Notes: generated by a model not told the origin, from the letters alone. Shown: positions 1 to 24,984, counted from the first letter of the stretch. The stretch is 64,000 nt of DNA from the human T2T-CHM13v2.0 reference genome, Homo sapiens (GCF_009914755.1 NC_060929.1), one strand, 5' to 3'. Numbers and translations: made by a program.

Positions 1-241
1 TGCCTAGAATATTATCTACCTGCATTCTTATCCATATAGTTTAAAACACTAAAGCACTCACTGAATAAGAAATGACCATTTAAAAATGAATAATAGATGG
101 CAGCACATGCCATTGTGCAATAAAAGTAAGATGGCCTATGCGCATTAATTTGCAAATAATGTTTTTTATCCAAATAGTCCTGTGGTTCCAATATCCTTGA
201 ATGATAAGAATTTTTACTGTGTGAAAAAAGAAAACATCCTT

Positions 242-400
242 TTACTGATGGAAAGCTTCTAATCTTATTCGGGTTGGATCTTCTGGATGTCTCAAGGCAA
301 TTCCATTACGCAGCAGCAGCTCAACATAAGGTGGCCAAAAGGAATCACTAATTTTGACATATGGATCATGTGGAACATCAAATAATCTATTTATAAGAAT
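242..400 (-). CDS. CENPK: CENPK last coding exon (exon 11): ILINRLFDVPHDPYVKISDSFWPPYVELLLRNGIALRHPEDPTRIRLEAFHQ*
   Basis: Minus-strand translation matches the CENP-K C-terminus as I recall it; acceptor tttctcctag at 401-410; TAA at 244-242; the 3' UTR runs toward and probably past position 1. Confidence 0.97.
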   Translation of the reverse strand: MLINRLFDVPHDPYVKISDSFWPPYVELLLRNGIALRHPEDPTRIRLEAFHQ

Positions 401-1239
401 CTAGGAGAAAATATCATTCAAAATATACTTTACTTGGGAAAAAGTCAATATAGCTATAAGAAAGTTTTTTGTCAAAGAATATTGACCTCTTTTCTTTTTC
501 AACAACTGTTTAATACTTTTAATCTACAAATGTGAATTTCCTTTTTGAAAGGACTATGGGTATTAGCTAATGAAAAAAGCTTTAAAGTGAATTTTTGCAT
601 CTTTAATTTAGAAAAACATTTCCTAAAAATTGGTTAGAAAGAATTTACAATCCTCCCACTTCTTTTGAGATTAATATCTTCTTTAGGATAAAGACAAAAA
701 TCTTAAAAAATTAATATTTCACAAAAAACACAAAAAGTTAAAAAGAAAGTGAGCAAGTGTGTCTTAATATTTGAAGGAAAAATAACTGGTCCTGTCCCCC
801 ACAAAACACCTATTCTTCTGATAAATCTTTGCAAGAGTCAATTTTATCATCATCACTTCCTTCAGCTTCATCCTGAGTATCCCTGATCTTCGTTAAGGAT
901 ATTGTGGAATTAAAACCACAAATTGAGTTTTGAGTATTTGTATTAAATTATATAGGCTAGCATTTTCCAAACTGCATTCCATAGAATTAGTCTCCTAAAG
1001 ATGTTCTTAGTTCCTGAAAAACAAGGTTCTGTGATCAAACAAGCTTGGGAAAGCTAGCTAATGTGGATTGAGAATCAGCTGTCTTTCCCAAATGCACTGC
1101 TATTATAAAAGTTTTTTCAAGAAACAAATAGTTACAATTGTTTGAATACTAATGTTATGAAATACAGTGGAAAAACGCTAAATGTAGATCAATTATTATT
1201 TTGCCTCCTCAGCTATCTTCCGGTGCCTTCACAAATTAC

Positions 1240-1335
1240 AAAACTAGAACTCAGAAGAGTTAAGAGATTCCTCAGGGGCACATAATCAGGGGTGGATCTT
1301 GGATTAGACTCCGTATCTCTGAATTGTCAGGCCAA
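1240..1335. mobile_element. MIR fragment
   Basis: Degenerate MIR core (aaactagaactcagaagagttaagagatt...ggattagactcc). Confidence 0.5.
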
Positions 1336-1781
1336 ATTTTTAACTGAAAGATGCTATTATTTTAAGGAACATGGAAAAGAGAATGCATAATTTATACAAT
1401 TACAAAGTGCCATAGAAATAAATCAAATTAATCCATCAAGCTCTAATCTCAATTAAATTTTATAATAATACCTTAGTTCTTGAAATAACATTTTCAACTA
1501 TCATTAATTATTTCAAGTCCCACATTCTGCAGGAAAAAAGCTTTGGCCTCATTTCTTTTGAGTATCATAATATAGAATTAAATATTATTTGTATTTTAGA
1601 GCAATGGCTTATTTTAGTACAAACAGCTTATTTTAGTACAAATCTTTCCTATTTTGCATTTCTAATTTTAATCATATTGTTTTATTTTTAACCTAACTGC
1701 AGTTTTAAGATTAGTTCCTTTATCACTGACAATATGAGCCTTGGAGACAAACTTAGGATTCTAATGCTAAGTTTTATATGC

Positions 1782-2197
1782 TGATATAGTTTAGGTGTGT
1801 CCCCTGCCAAATCTCATATTGAAATGTAATCCCCAATGTCGGAGGTGGAGCCTGGTGGGAGGTGATTGGATCATCAGGGTGAATTTCTCATGAATGCTTT
1901 AGCAAATCCCCTTGGTGCTGTCCTCATGATAGTGAGTTCTCGCAAGATCCGGCTGCTTAAAAGTGTGTGTGGTACCTTTCCCCCTCCCTCTTGCTCCCAC
2001 TCTGGCCATGTAAAGTGTCTGCTGCTGCTTCACCTTCTGCTATGAGTAAAAGCTCCCTTAGGCCTCCCTAGAAGCTGAGCAGATGCTAGTGTCATGTTTA
2101 TACAGCCTGCAAACCATGAGCCAATTAAACTCCTTTTCCTTATAAATTATACAGTCTTAGGTATTTCTTTACAGCAACACAAGAATGGCCTAACACA
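1782..2197 (+). mobile_element. MST-type MaLR solo LTR (MSTA/MSTB-like)
   Basis: TG...CA ends; aaatctcatattgaaatgtaatccccaat...gattggatcat; terminal gaatggcctaacaca. Confidence 0.85.
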
Positions 2198-3241
2198 GAT
2201 GGTACATACTATGTTACACTATTAAAAAATTATACATGTAATACCTTTCAGTATTTCCATGACTGACAATTTTTATTAAAAAAAAAGGTTAAGTCATCCA
2301 TGAGAAACTATAGTCATCTTAGTTTCAGCATAAACTAGAGTAGCTAGAAATATGTTAAAATATTCTAATTACGAATCTAATAAATATTTGTATTTTGCTT
2401 TTCAAAGCAATAATACTCTGTATTAAATCCTGAGGAACCAAAACTTGTCAGCTGGGCAAAAAGAGACTTTAACACCTAGTTCATTAAGTTAAATGAAACG
2501 CGTTTTCTGAAATCACTCTTTCTTCAAAATATACCAATGATTTTAAAAGGGGGTACACTAATTGGTAAATACCCTGTTCTTCATACATTATTTCATTTTC
2601 CTTTCTGCCCAATTTACCATGAATTGTCATATCAAGATCTTCCAAAGTATTTAATGTAACTGATAATATGGTTGAGGTTCAAAAACATTTTTGAAAAGGT
2701 CAAAGGTATTTATAAAACAAGGTATATGTCAAATCAGAGAAAGTTGGAAAACTCAGTACTTACATTGTAAGAAAAGAGACTGATGTTATTTTTTAAAAAT
2801 TGTACAATTTCTACAACTTTGTGGAAAGAATCTTTAAGTTCATTACGTATTTTATATAGAGTACAGAGCTACCAATTAAACAGTCAATGTAACAGCATAG
2901 AATTTTACTCTGTAAATACTAGATAACATCATTAAAAAAATTTTTTCACCCTGTCAGCTCATGCCTAGATAAAAATTTTACCTGTAATAAATCTTGGGAA
3001 CATGATTAAGAGATAGACCTTAAATTCACATTATTTTAAAAATAACAATATTCCTCTCAGTACTGTACAGGGAACAGAAACTAATTTTATACCAAAGATA
3101 TATTATTACAAATATATTTAATAAAGATTGATGCATACTTTAAGAATTAAAGCAGTATTTTTTGTTTTTCAAGTCTGAGTATAATTGTTCACAAATGACT
3201 AAGACAGCTTCAAGACAAAACAAACTACACAAAACACTTAC

Positions 3242-3295
3242 CTCTAACATTTCATGCAGTGTTATCAGGTTTACAGATGATTCTTGAATGTTTTT
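3242..3295 (-). CDS. CENPK: CENPK coding exon 10 (54 nt): KNIQESSVNLITLHEMLE
   Basis: Acceptor ttctcttgaag, donor GAG|gtaagt; phase 0-0, joins flanking exons in frame. Confidence 0.95.
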
Positions 3296-3312
3296 CTTCA
3301 AGAGAAATGTGA

Positions 3313-3668
<356 letters not shown>

Positions 3669-3979
3669 AAGACTTTTAAAATTAATATTTCTTAGTTGTA
3701 ATGGTACAAAGTAACTAAAATCAAATATTTGTAATTAAGTGACAAAAAATTCTGAAAGTAAACGTTGTATTTAAGTCAGATTCATAAAAATGCAGTTGAA
3801 ATATCTTCTAAGACAGTGAAAACTCTTATAGTAACTGGAAGATACAATTAAAACTATCCATAAGCATATAATAGATATACACATTATATATAATCACATA
3901 AAAAAATTAGTATTTAAATCCCCCAATAAAAACTCCCCAAATGACATTCCAGAGTACATTTATGCAGTTTCAGTATAGG

Positions 3980-5210
<1,231 letters not shown>

Positions 5211-5860
5211 CAGAAATACAAATATATTAAAGAAATAGTAAAATAACACTAACAAAAATATGTATGATTCCTAAATAAAGAGAGCCGAGCAGGCTCTGAA
5301 AATCTAATACCTTAGTAAAGGAAAAAGAGTGGTATAAATGAGCATACGATTAGTGGTGAAGACAGCACAATTATAGTATTGATTAATAAATGAGAAGCAA
5401 GATACAGGTTAAATTATAAAGACTTGAGACAAACGAAATGCAGAAGAAAAATATAAAAGAAAATTTCTATGAAACAAATGTGAATTAAAACTGCCCAGAA
5501 AAATAACATATCTTTTTCAAAGGAAAACTGATATTGAATAACCAACATTGTGAAATATTCTTATGTTATTGGTTCAAATATAAAGAACTCTCCAGATATA
5601 GTCAGAAGCAACAAGTCATCCATAGACTGGCCTCAGAATTCTCTATACCACATTCCATCTTAAAAGACAGGGAGCAATACCTAACAGAACTTGAGATTTT
5701 AAAAAAAAAGTGCTTAAAATATCCTTTTAGTGTAAAGACAAAGTATTTACACCATCCAAGAATCCAAAGACTAAACACCCAGGAATTCTTGAACAAATTA
5801 CTTGTCAAAGAAACTCATCAAACCAAGCGAAGGATTAAACTTAACAACTCTTGGAGGCTT

Positions 5861-6440
<580 letters not shown>

Positions 6441-6843
6441 CCATCTCAAAAAAAAAAAAAGATAATGAGCACTGACTCCAATACAATGTAGAATGAAGGC
6501 TAAATATAAATGGCGTTTTCTGAATAAAATATAAATAAAATAGAAGTTCTGAATAAAATATAACCTGCCAAAGTAAAAATAACACAAAATAGAAATAAGG
6601 GTATAGGAAAAAGAATGTTAATTTTCTTATCTTTTACAGCAGAGTCAATAACTGCCTAGAATTGAGATATGAAGTTAAACAAACTGTAATTAAATTTTCC
6701 ATGTTTTTCATGATTCACTTGTTTCCTTTATATTGAAAGGATCTCTCCAGAACTAAAATCATTTGATGCAAAGAAATATTTATCCGAGTTCAACTGTTCA
6801 ACTTCACTCATTCTTTTTCTTCTCTCAAAATTAAGTAAAATTA

Positions 6844-7143
6844 GGCCAGGCATAGTGGTGCACACCTGTAATCCCAGCACTTTGGGAGGCTGAGGTGGGT
6901 GGATCACCTGAGGTCAGGAGATCGAGACCAGCCTGGCCAATATGGTAAAATTCCATCTCTACTAAAAAACAAAGATAGAAAACTTAGCCAGCATAGCAGT
7001 GCGCACATGTAATCCCAGCTACTCAGGAGGCTGAGGCAGGAGAATCACTTGAACCCAGGAGGTGGAGGTTGTAGTGAGCTGAAATCTCAGCTACTGTACT
7101 CCAGCCTGGGTAACAGAACAAGATTCCATCTCAAAAAAAAAAA
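6844..7143 (+). mobile_element. AluS
   Basis: Full dimer; TSD aagtaaaatta. Confidence 0.92.
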
Positions 7144-7371
7144 AGTAAAATTACATTTATTTTATTATTAGCATTTACAAAATTACATTGATCCAGCCAT
7201 CCATCAATCCATCTATTTATGGTTCTATATGTATATGTGCTTAGCAAGATGTCTCAAATGACATTCACCTAACATTAATTGTGATGTTCACTTAATGGTA
7301 ATGATCTGATGGAGGGAGTTTTGTTGTTTTTAGCTTTCTTCTTTGTATACATCTTTGAGTTATAAAGTCCA

Positions 7372-7755
7372 GTGTTGTGGACTGAACGATGTCTCCCCAA
7401 AATTTATATGTGGAAGCCCTAATGTGACTATGTTTTTAAAAATAAAGTCTTAAATAACGTAATAAAGGATAAACGAGGTCATAAGAATCGGGCCCTAATC
7501 CAATATGAATGGTTTCCTCATAAAAAGAGGAAAAGACACTTGAGAATTCTTTCTTTCCTTGTGTACACAAAGAGCCCAATGTGAGAACACAGTGAGCAAG
7601 TGGTCACCTACAAGCCAGGAAGAGAGACCAGAAACCAACCCCGACAGTACCTTCCTTTCGTCTTGAACTTCTAGCCTCTACACTGTCAAACTTTTGTTTA
7701 AACCACCCAGTCTGTGGTATTTTGTTATCACAGCCCAAGTAGACTAATAAATACA
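7372..7755 (+). mobile_element. MLT1A-like MaLR LTR
   Basis: tgttgtggactgaa...gaggtcataag...gccctaatccaat...tttaaaccacccagtctgtggtattttgtta. Confidence 0.8.
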
Positions 7756-8434
7756 GTATTGTTGGGGAGAGAGAAAGAAACACACAGAGAAAGAAACAGA
7801 GAGACAAGAATTACTTTGTAACATGTATCAATAGTCCTTATACATCATAAAAAAAGAAGTGAGGTTATCAAATCTGACTTAATGACCCGATAATGGCTCA
7901 TGGTAATCAAGCTTCCTTTTCAGGATGCCTCAAACCTCTGGTTCTATTAGTGGAGCAACAGCAACAAAAAAGTGTTGAAAAAAATGGAGGAGACTGGGAC
8001 CAGAAAATAAATCAGTGAGTTGTTGCAAGATTAAGGTCATAAAGAGGCAAGGAATCATGACTTTAATGAAATGGCCAACAGGAGGCTGTCATACTTTTAC
8101 AAATAAATAAGAGGTAAAAAACAATAATAGAATGGAAGACACAGCCCATAACAAATGTAAAGCCTATAGACAATTATAAATAAGGGAAGAATAAAAAGAA
8201 CACAGATAGTAAAAACAAAAACAAACAGAACTTTTTCTCCTTTTCCTAGTATATTCACATCCATTCAATAAATATGAACTGAGAAGGTTCTATATAAAAG
8301 ATATGCAAGATAGAAGAGATACAAAGATGAATTAAACACACCGAGTAGCTCACAGGGCATGGGGATAAAGGGAGAGATAGACATAAATAACACTAACAAA
8401 ATCATTTGAAAAGTGTTACTAAAAGGACACCTAG

Positions 8435-8890
<456 letters not shown>

Positions 8891-9253
8891 TAAAAGAACA
8901 CCTAAATTTCATAATATGTTTCACTCAAAAGATGCTTGAACTGTCTTAAGTAGGAATCTGCTACCCTCACCAGATCGGAAGGGTTTTAACCTAGGCAGAA
9001 AAAATAGAATGTATAAGGCACAAAAAAGTGAGAGGTCAATTGGTGACATAGCTGAATGGATTCATGTAAAAGATGGATGAATGCTTGGAGATGAGGCTGA
9101 AGAGATAGAAGTCCATAGTATAAATCCTAATGAAGAGATTTCTAAGGAGTTTACAGACTTCATTCCCTAGGGAGACATGAAAGATTTTATGCTGAAAATG
9201 ATTAAACATATTATTATTCAATGATTACTGCAATTTCAAAAGTCTTATTAACA

Positions 9254-9255
<2 letters not shown>

Positions 9256-9303
<48 letters not shown>
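9256..9303. repeat. (TA)n microsatellite
   Basis: About 23 perfect TA units. Confidence 0.97.
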
Positions 9304-9306
<3 letters not shown>

Positions 9307-9694
9307 CTGTTCACAATCTTCTGCCACTCAATAAAATATTTATTTGCTTTTTCAGAAAAGGTTTATTTCATTATAGCTACTATTAAAATAGTCAATAACT
9401 TACATTAATCTGTGACAAATTTTAAACATCATTCTTTTGATTTAAAAAGTTGTACATACTCATCACAGAAAATTGAAAAAATTGTGAAAAGCAAAAAACC
9501 ACCCACAATCCTAGCTGTCAGACATAAGCACTATCAATTTTTAAACATAAATTAGATTCAAACAATTTAATCATCAGTGTTTTATTCATTCAACAATAAG
9601 TTGTATTTCATTAACTTCTTTGAAGGTGTTCAATACATTATATGAAAAGCTAACTTACTCCCATCATATGGATATAACATAAGAAATATACTCT

Positions 9695-9990
9695 GGCTGG
9701 GCGCAGTGGCTCACACCTGTAATCCTAGCATCTAATCGTCCCACTTGGGAGGCCGAGGTGGGCAGATTGCCTGAGCTCAGGAGTTCAAGACCAGCCTGGG
9801 CAACTTGGTGACATCCCCTCTCTACTACAAATACAAAAAATCAGCTGGGCATGGTGGCACACACCTGTAGTCCCAGCTACTCTGAAGGCTAAGGCACAAG
9901 AATCACTTGAACCCAGGAGGCAGAGGTTGAAGTGAGCTGAGATCACGCCACTGAACTACAGCCTGGGTGACAGAGAGAGACTCTGTCCCC
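9695..9990 (+). mobile_element. Alu (S/J)
   Basis: Full dimer with a small insertion in the left arm. Confidence 0.9.
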
Positions 9991-10200
9991 CCGCCCCCCT
10001 GCCCCCAAAAATATACATATACTTAATCCCATTTTATTGAATAATTAGGTTGCTTCTAGTCTTTCAATAAGTATAATGTGATAATGGCATATTTCCATAC
10101 ATGTGCATACCTTTGAACTAAATAAGAAAATATGCTTCTAAACCCACCTAAAATAATTTCAAATATGATAATTTACATAAATGTCTTCTCTAAAACTTAC

Positions 10201-10327
10201 CTTTTTCTTTTTAACACTTCTATCAGGCAGAGGAAAATGGTCTTCTAGAAACTCGCCCAAGGTACTCAAGAGTTTCTCCTTATATTCTTTTATATTAAGC
10301 ATTTTAGTTTTCAGTTCATTAAAGATT
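10201..10327 (-). CDS. CENPK: CENPK coding exon 9 (127 nt): (R)IFNELKTKMLNIKEYKEKLLSTLGEFLEDHFPLPDRSVKKKK
   Basis: Acceptor tctattag, donor AAG|gtaagt; phase 2-0. Confidence 0.96.
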
Positions 10328-10667
10328 CTAATAGATTAAAAAAATTAAGAGAAACATTTAACTGATAAAACACATACACACATGTAACTAGTTATTCATG
10401 AAGTTGATCAAAAACTTTGTTAAAACTTCATTTGCTCAAACCAAATAACTATCTTTTTGAAAATCATATTGTCTATATAACAAGTAGAGAAACCAAAGGT
10501 ACAGTCAAGTCAAGTCACCCATAAAAGATCATATAATAGCTAATAGTTAACAAAAGTTAGGGCAAGACTCCTGATTCCTGGTAACATTTAACTTCATCTA
10601 TGTTTCATGTAACACAAAAAATAAAATACTTTTCCTATTTTAAAAACCTAGAACATAAAATTAATAC

Positions 10668-10766
10668 CTTGATTCAGAAAATGTTTCAACCTTATTTTTC
10701 AATTCACTGTGTAGTACATTAAGAGATTCCATTATCTGTTGCTGTTCATCCAACCACCGTTGTTCC
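10668..10766 (-). CDS. CENPK: CENPK coding exon 8 (99 nt): (R)EQRWLDEQQQIMESLNVLHSELKNKVETFSES(R)
   Basis: Acceptor ccatgtcgaaag, donor AAG|gtatta; symmetric phase 2-2; coiled-coil-like sequence. Confidence 0.95.
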
Positions 10767-10865
10767 CTTTCGACATGGAAAAACAATACAAGCAATATCT
10801 AAATAAAACTTTAAATGTCACTTAATATATATGAATGATTAATAGTAATTGTAACATAAACAAAC

Positions 10866-10948
10866 CTTTCTAAGTCTTCCTTTAACTTTTCATTCTTTGA
10901 CTCCTTAGTGGACAGTACCATTTCAAGATCTTGTCTCAGCTTTTGGAA
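10866..10948 (-). CDS. CENPK: CENPK coding exon 7 (83 nt): FQKLRQDLEMVLSTKESKNEKLKEDLE(R)
   Basis: Acceptor ttttattctag, donor AAG|gtttgt; phase 0-2. Confidence 0.95.
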
Positions 10949-11230
10949 CTAGAATAAAATAATTCAAATTAATTGCTTGGTCTTTAATCCCAGTTTTATT
11001 TCTGAACGATAGTCAAATTTACATAGTGGTCCAGGATACTTCCATTCAGACATCAGTAGTGAAAAAGCCTAGCAGAAAGCATTTGAAAAGGTAAATATAC
11101 AGTAGGCGCTAAATTTGTGGTAATATTCTATGGTTAAATTAAAAAATACAAGAGGTTTTGAGCAGTAAATTTTAATATCATATTGAAAGGCAAAATAATG
11201 GTGTGTTTTCAGTAATAAGAGAGTAGGTAC

Positions 11231-11850
<620 letters not shown>

Positions 11851-11899
11851 CCAGGTACCTTTACTGAGGAGACTGTACAAAACGGACACAAATGACTCA

Positions 11900-12290
11900 C
11901 TCATTCAATATTTATTCAATCAATTATTCAATCAAATTTGTTGATCAATCATTGACTATTAGGCACTGCTGAAGGAGGGATAGATGTAAAGCTGAACAGA
12001 ACAAAGAGGGGAATCCAGACGTTTACTCCAGCAATGGTCAAGTGTCATAAAGAAAAAAAAAATCAAAATAAAAGTAAAGGTATGAAGAGCAAGAAATAGA
12101 TGTTTTAGGTAGTATGATATGGAAAGACTTCTCTGATCAGGTAACATTTAAATAACAGAGAAAGAAGACAAAGGAAAACATTATGTTATTCTCTAGCAAA
12201 AGAATGTTCCAGGGAAAGGGAATAGTAAGTACAAAGGCCAAGGGGCAGAAGTATGCTTGAGGGATTTCAGGAACAACAAAGAAGACTAAA
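11900..12290. mobile_element. L2 3' fragment
   Basis: cattcaatatttattcaat...aggcactg...agtacaaaggcc. Confidence 0.55.
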
Positions 12291-12329
12291 GAGAATTACA
12301 ATAAGCACTAGTGTTCCATTCTCCTGATC

Positions 12330-16700
<4,371 letters not shown>

Positions 16701-16701
16701 A

Positions 16702-16993
16702 GTTGGGCACCATGGCTCATGCCTGTAGTTCCAGCACTTTGGGAGGCTGAAGCAGGCAGATCACTTGAGCCCAGGAGTGCATACAAGCCTGGGCAACATT
16801 GCAAATCCCATCTCTACAAAAAAATACAAAACTTAGCCAGACATGGTGGTGCACACCCATAGTCCCAGCTACTCAGGAGGCTGAAGTAGGAGAATCCCTT
16901 AAGTAGGAGAATCCCTTAAGCCTGAGGTCAAGGTTACAACGAACTGAGATGATGCCACTGCAGTGCAGCCTGAGTGACAGAACAAAACCCTGT
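16702..16993 (+). mobile_element. AluJ with an internal 17-bp tandem duplication
   Basis: Dimer; aagtaggagaatccctt repeated at about 16884-16920. Confidence 0.88.
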
Positions 16994-17035
16994 CGAGGAT
17001 GGAAGGGAGGGAGGGAGGGAGGTGAAAAGACAGTT

Positions 17036-17590
17036 GTGCAGGAAAGAGTTAACTCAGCAGACCTAGACTGCAAAAACCTTGGACATTACTAAAGCCTGTC
17101 TTCAGAACTGCCCTTGGTCAGTTCCCTGAAAAAAAGCTCTGAGCCCTTGGAATACTCTACTTGATGAGCATTTTTCTATGTCTAGAACCTTGGGTCACAT
17201 GGCACCAGCTTGATTAGAGAGTTTATGCTAACTATGTGATTTGTGTTAAATGCATTTTTACTCTATGCGGATGGAGTATACATAGTTAAGGTCAGTTACA
17301 CAATACCTGACTGACTCCCAATAAAAACCCTAAACAAGGCTCAAGTGAGATTCTCTGGCTGCCAACTCGCCACGTCACACATAGTTGCAGGGAGAATTAA
17401 GCGCATCCACACAACTCTACTGGGAAAGAACTCTTGTAAGCTTATCCCATGTGCTTTTTCCTTTGTTCATTGTAATGTTCTCTCTCACTTTAATAAGCTG
17501 CAACCAAGAGAACAGCAGTTCTTCTGAGTCCAGTGAGTCTATCCCACAAATCATTGCACCTGAGGGCAGTCTTAGAGAAAACTCTGACAC
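17036..17590 (+). mobile_element. ERVL-class solo LTR, MER68-like
   Basis: Starts tgtgcaggaaagagttaactcagcagacct, internal AATAAA near 17320, ends tctgacaca. Confidence 0.7.
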
Positions 17591-18096
17591 AACTAGCATT
17601 ACAAATGAGATTTCCTATAACTCCTGCTAGCTGAAACATAAGGAAAGCACTGTTTGAGAAAAGGAAGGATTACAGGGCGGGTAAAGTTTGATGTCAGATG
17701 GTTACTGAGTCACCGATGGTATAAAACAACAGGTGCACTGCGATAAGTTACTGTAGGTAGAAGTTACCAGTAAAATATACAATGATAGAACCAGCTCCTG
17801 TAGAGCTGGCTCACTGAATATACAACAAAATGTAAAATGAGAAACAAGCTAAATATACAATCCCCTTCTTATTTTTAACTGTAATGAAAAATAGCTAAAA
17901 TGAAAGTTTTTGGGACAGATGCTGGCACTGCATCAAGTTTGGATTCTGGCCACTCTAAGCTACAGTTGCTAGTTTGGGGTTGCTAAGAGTTGCTATGAAA
18001 GGGAAAAATTTTGCTGGATCATCTGCCATGGGTCATTCTAAATTCATTGTGTTGGAAATTTGGTGGATCTTTTTCAATGTAAAGAATCGTTATCTT

Positions 18097-18398
18097 AGCC
18101 AAGCACAGTGGCTCACGCCTGTAATCTCAGCACTTTGGGAGGCCAAGGTGGAAGGACTGCTTGAGACCAGGAATTCAACACCAGCCTTAACAACATAGTG
18201 AGATCCCATCTCTACAAAAAACCAAAAATAAAAAATAAAAAAATTAGCCAGGCATGGTGGCACACACCTGTACTCCTAGCTACTTGGGAAGCTAAGGCAG
18301 GAAGATCATTTGACCCCAGCAGTTTGAGATGAGACAGCTATAATCTTACTACACTCCAACCGGGGCAACAGAGTAATAACCTGTTTCAAAGAAAAAAA
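18097..18398 (+). mobile_element. AluJ
   Basis: Diverged dimer. Confidence 0.88.
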
Positions 18399-18619
18399 AT
18401 ATATATATGTAGGGATTGGGGGGGGAGAATAATTATCTTTTATTCTGAGAAAATGTCCATGTATTATTTATTTTATTATTTCTTGCCTTCGATATTTTAA
18501 TATTCTGCAACTTATAATGGTAAAATTTCATAATTCGACTTTAGCTTTATTTCTTCTATTATTCCAACTGTCCTTTTTTCCCATTCCTGACCCATTATTT
18601 ACATTTCCATGACTATAGA

Positions 18620-19440
<821 letters not shown>

Positions 19441-19444
19441 GCAG

Positions 19445-19895
19445 TTTTTTGTGGCGGGCTTTTTTCATTTAGCATGTTTTCAAGGTATATCCATATTTTA
19501 GCATGTATCTCCACTTCATTTCTTTTTATTGTCCAATAATGTGTCACTGTTAGGATATATTGCATTTTATTCATTCATTAATTGATGGATATTTGAGGTT
19601 GTTTTCCCTTTTTGCCTGTAAGAAAAATGATGCTATGAACATTCATGTGTAACTTTTCGTTTGGATACATACATGTTTTCATTCCTCCTGGGTATATATC
19701 CAGGAATGAAACTGCTGCGACATAGAGTTACTCTTTTACCTTTTGAGAAATTTCCACACTGCTTTCTAAAATAGTATACCATTTTACATTGCCACTAGCA
19801 ATGTATTGCTATTCCAATTTTTGTACTTCTTTACCAACCCATGTTATTGTCTGTTGATTATAGCCATCCTAGACGGTGTAAAGTGGTCCTTTTTA
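19445..19895 (-). mobile_element. L1M 3' region fragment
   Basis: tcatttagcatgttttcaagg...gctatgaacattcatgtgtaa...ataccattttacatt. Confidence 0.8.
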
Positions 19896-20959
19896 AAAAA
19901 AATGGCATTGTTATTTTGTGGGATCAAAATTTTTTCTTATCCTGTGGATGGTATTATTTCTTTAAATTCTCGTTGGTTCCCTGAAGTGTCTCTCCTTGAG
20001 GCTCATCTTTGTTCAGTTGTTTTGAACTTCTGTCTTTCAACTTGGAGACATTTCACAGATGTGTATGATCCTTGTCTGGACATTCCTATTTAAAACTCAA
20101 AAACTTACTATGAATGCTATGTTTATGAATAAGGCTTTATGATGTGTGGCCACCCTACTTTTTCACTGGGGACTCCATATATTATTACTTAGAAATATTT
20201 TCTTTTCAAAATATTTTATCTCCTGTCTAAGGCTATGTTCTTTTTTGATTAGCAATTTCTTTAAGTCATTTTTCTCTTCTCACTTTTACTATACATTCAA
20301 GAGAAGCCAAGCCATACCTTCAACACTTCGTTTAAATATTTTCTCAGCGAAAGATTCAACTTCATTCCTCGTAAGTTTTATTTTTCATAAATAAAATAAA
20401 AAACTAGGGACCTCTGCAGACAGAGCGATGGAGGGAACTAGCAGTACACCATGCAGAATAAAAATGTTAACTTGATCTTTCTGACTTTCGACCTGCACAC
20501 CACCCCTATTAACCACCCAACCTGGTATCCCTGAGTCAAGAGCCTCACTAGTTTAATGTCTCCATATCATATACTTCCGGTTCTCAGATATATAGGTAAG
20601 AAGTTAGCAACAGTAAGCTAAGAAGATTTAACCATCTATATTCTGACTTTAAAGAAATAGCCTTGATTTTAGCTCCACACTTGAACTCTGAGTTTTGCAG
20701 TAACAGGTTCCTTCAAATCCCAAGACTTTCTTCAATTTTGTGGGGGCAAACTCTTTTCATCATGATTTCTGTCTCTAGGCACATACTTACCTCTTTCCAT
20801 GCTCTACAACTTGTAAAAGTTTCTGTTTGCTTCCATCTTCTCTTCTATATTTTAACCTTATGAACTGACACTTTAAAAACATGACATTATTGACATTTAA
20901 GTTTTGAGAAAGTGTCTATGATCCTTGTCTGGACATTCATATTTAAAACTCGAAAATTC

Positions 20960-23962
<3,003 letters not shown>

Positions 23963-24123
23963 AGAAGGAGAGATGTATGTATGGGGTCATTAAGCGATGT
24001 TTAATATTTTGCTTTTATTGTGAAGTTTAACTAAAAACTAGATATGAGATTAAGGTTTACATATAACCACTAACTTCAGTAATAGTTCTGATGCAAAAAC
24101 CGAGTTCAAAATTCAAATCTTTA

Positions 24124-24423
<300 letters not shown>

Positions 24424-24568
24424 TTATGTTCAATAAAACATAAATAAAAGCAGAAAATTTAATATGGTTTTAGAGTGGTTTTATCCTATTTCTTATGCCA
24501 TGAACTTATCTAAAATAGATCTAATTAGAAATTATTTGGGGTCACTACAAATTCATTGAGTGGCTTAC

Positions 24569-24615
24569 CTCTTCTTTTCCTAATGTTATGAGAACGTCTT
24601 CAGTCAAGGGAATTG
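24569..24615 (-). CDS. CENPK: CENPK coding exon 6 (47 nt): (T)IPLTEDVLITLGKEE
   Basis: Acceptor gtttttgtag, donor GAG|gtaagc; phase 1-0. Confidence 0.94.
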
Positions 24616-24749
24616 CTACAAAAACAAAACAAAACAAAGTTACACATATATTTAGTTAATTCTCAAAAATCAAGAATTTAATTTTGCGGTTTTCTAACAT
24701 ACTTCTTTCCATCTCCATTTATATAATATACAACTTTTTCTCCCCTCCA

Positions 24750-24984
24750 AGGCAGAGTTTCCCTCTTGTCACCCAGGCTGCAGTGCAATGGCGCTATTTG
24801 GCTCACTGCAACCTCCACCTCCCTGGTTCAAACAATTCTCGTGCTTCAGCCTCCTGAGTAGCTGGGATTACAGGCATCCACCAACATGCCTGGCTAATTT
24901 TTGTGTTTTTAGTAGAGATGGGATTTCATCATGTTGGCCAAGCCAGTCTTGAACTCCTGACCTCAAGTGATCCACCTGCCTTGA
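24750..24984 (-). mobile_element. AluS, truncated
   Basis: Antisense dimer lacking the 5' ~45 nt. Confidence 0.88.

Noticed and set aside
1607-1642. 19-bp tandem duplication gcttattttagtacaaa(ca)
   Set aside because: Ordinary replication-slippage duplication with no sign of function
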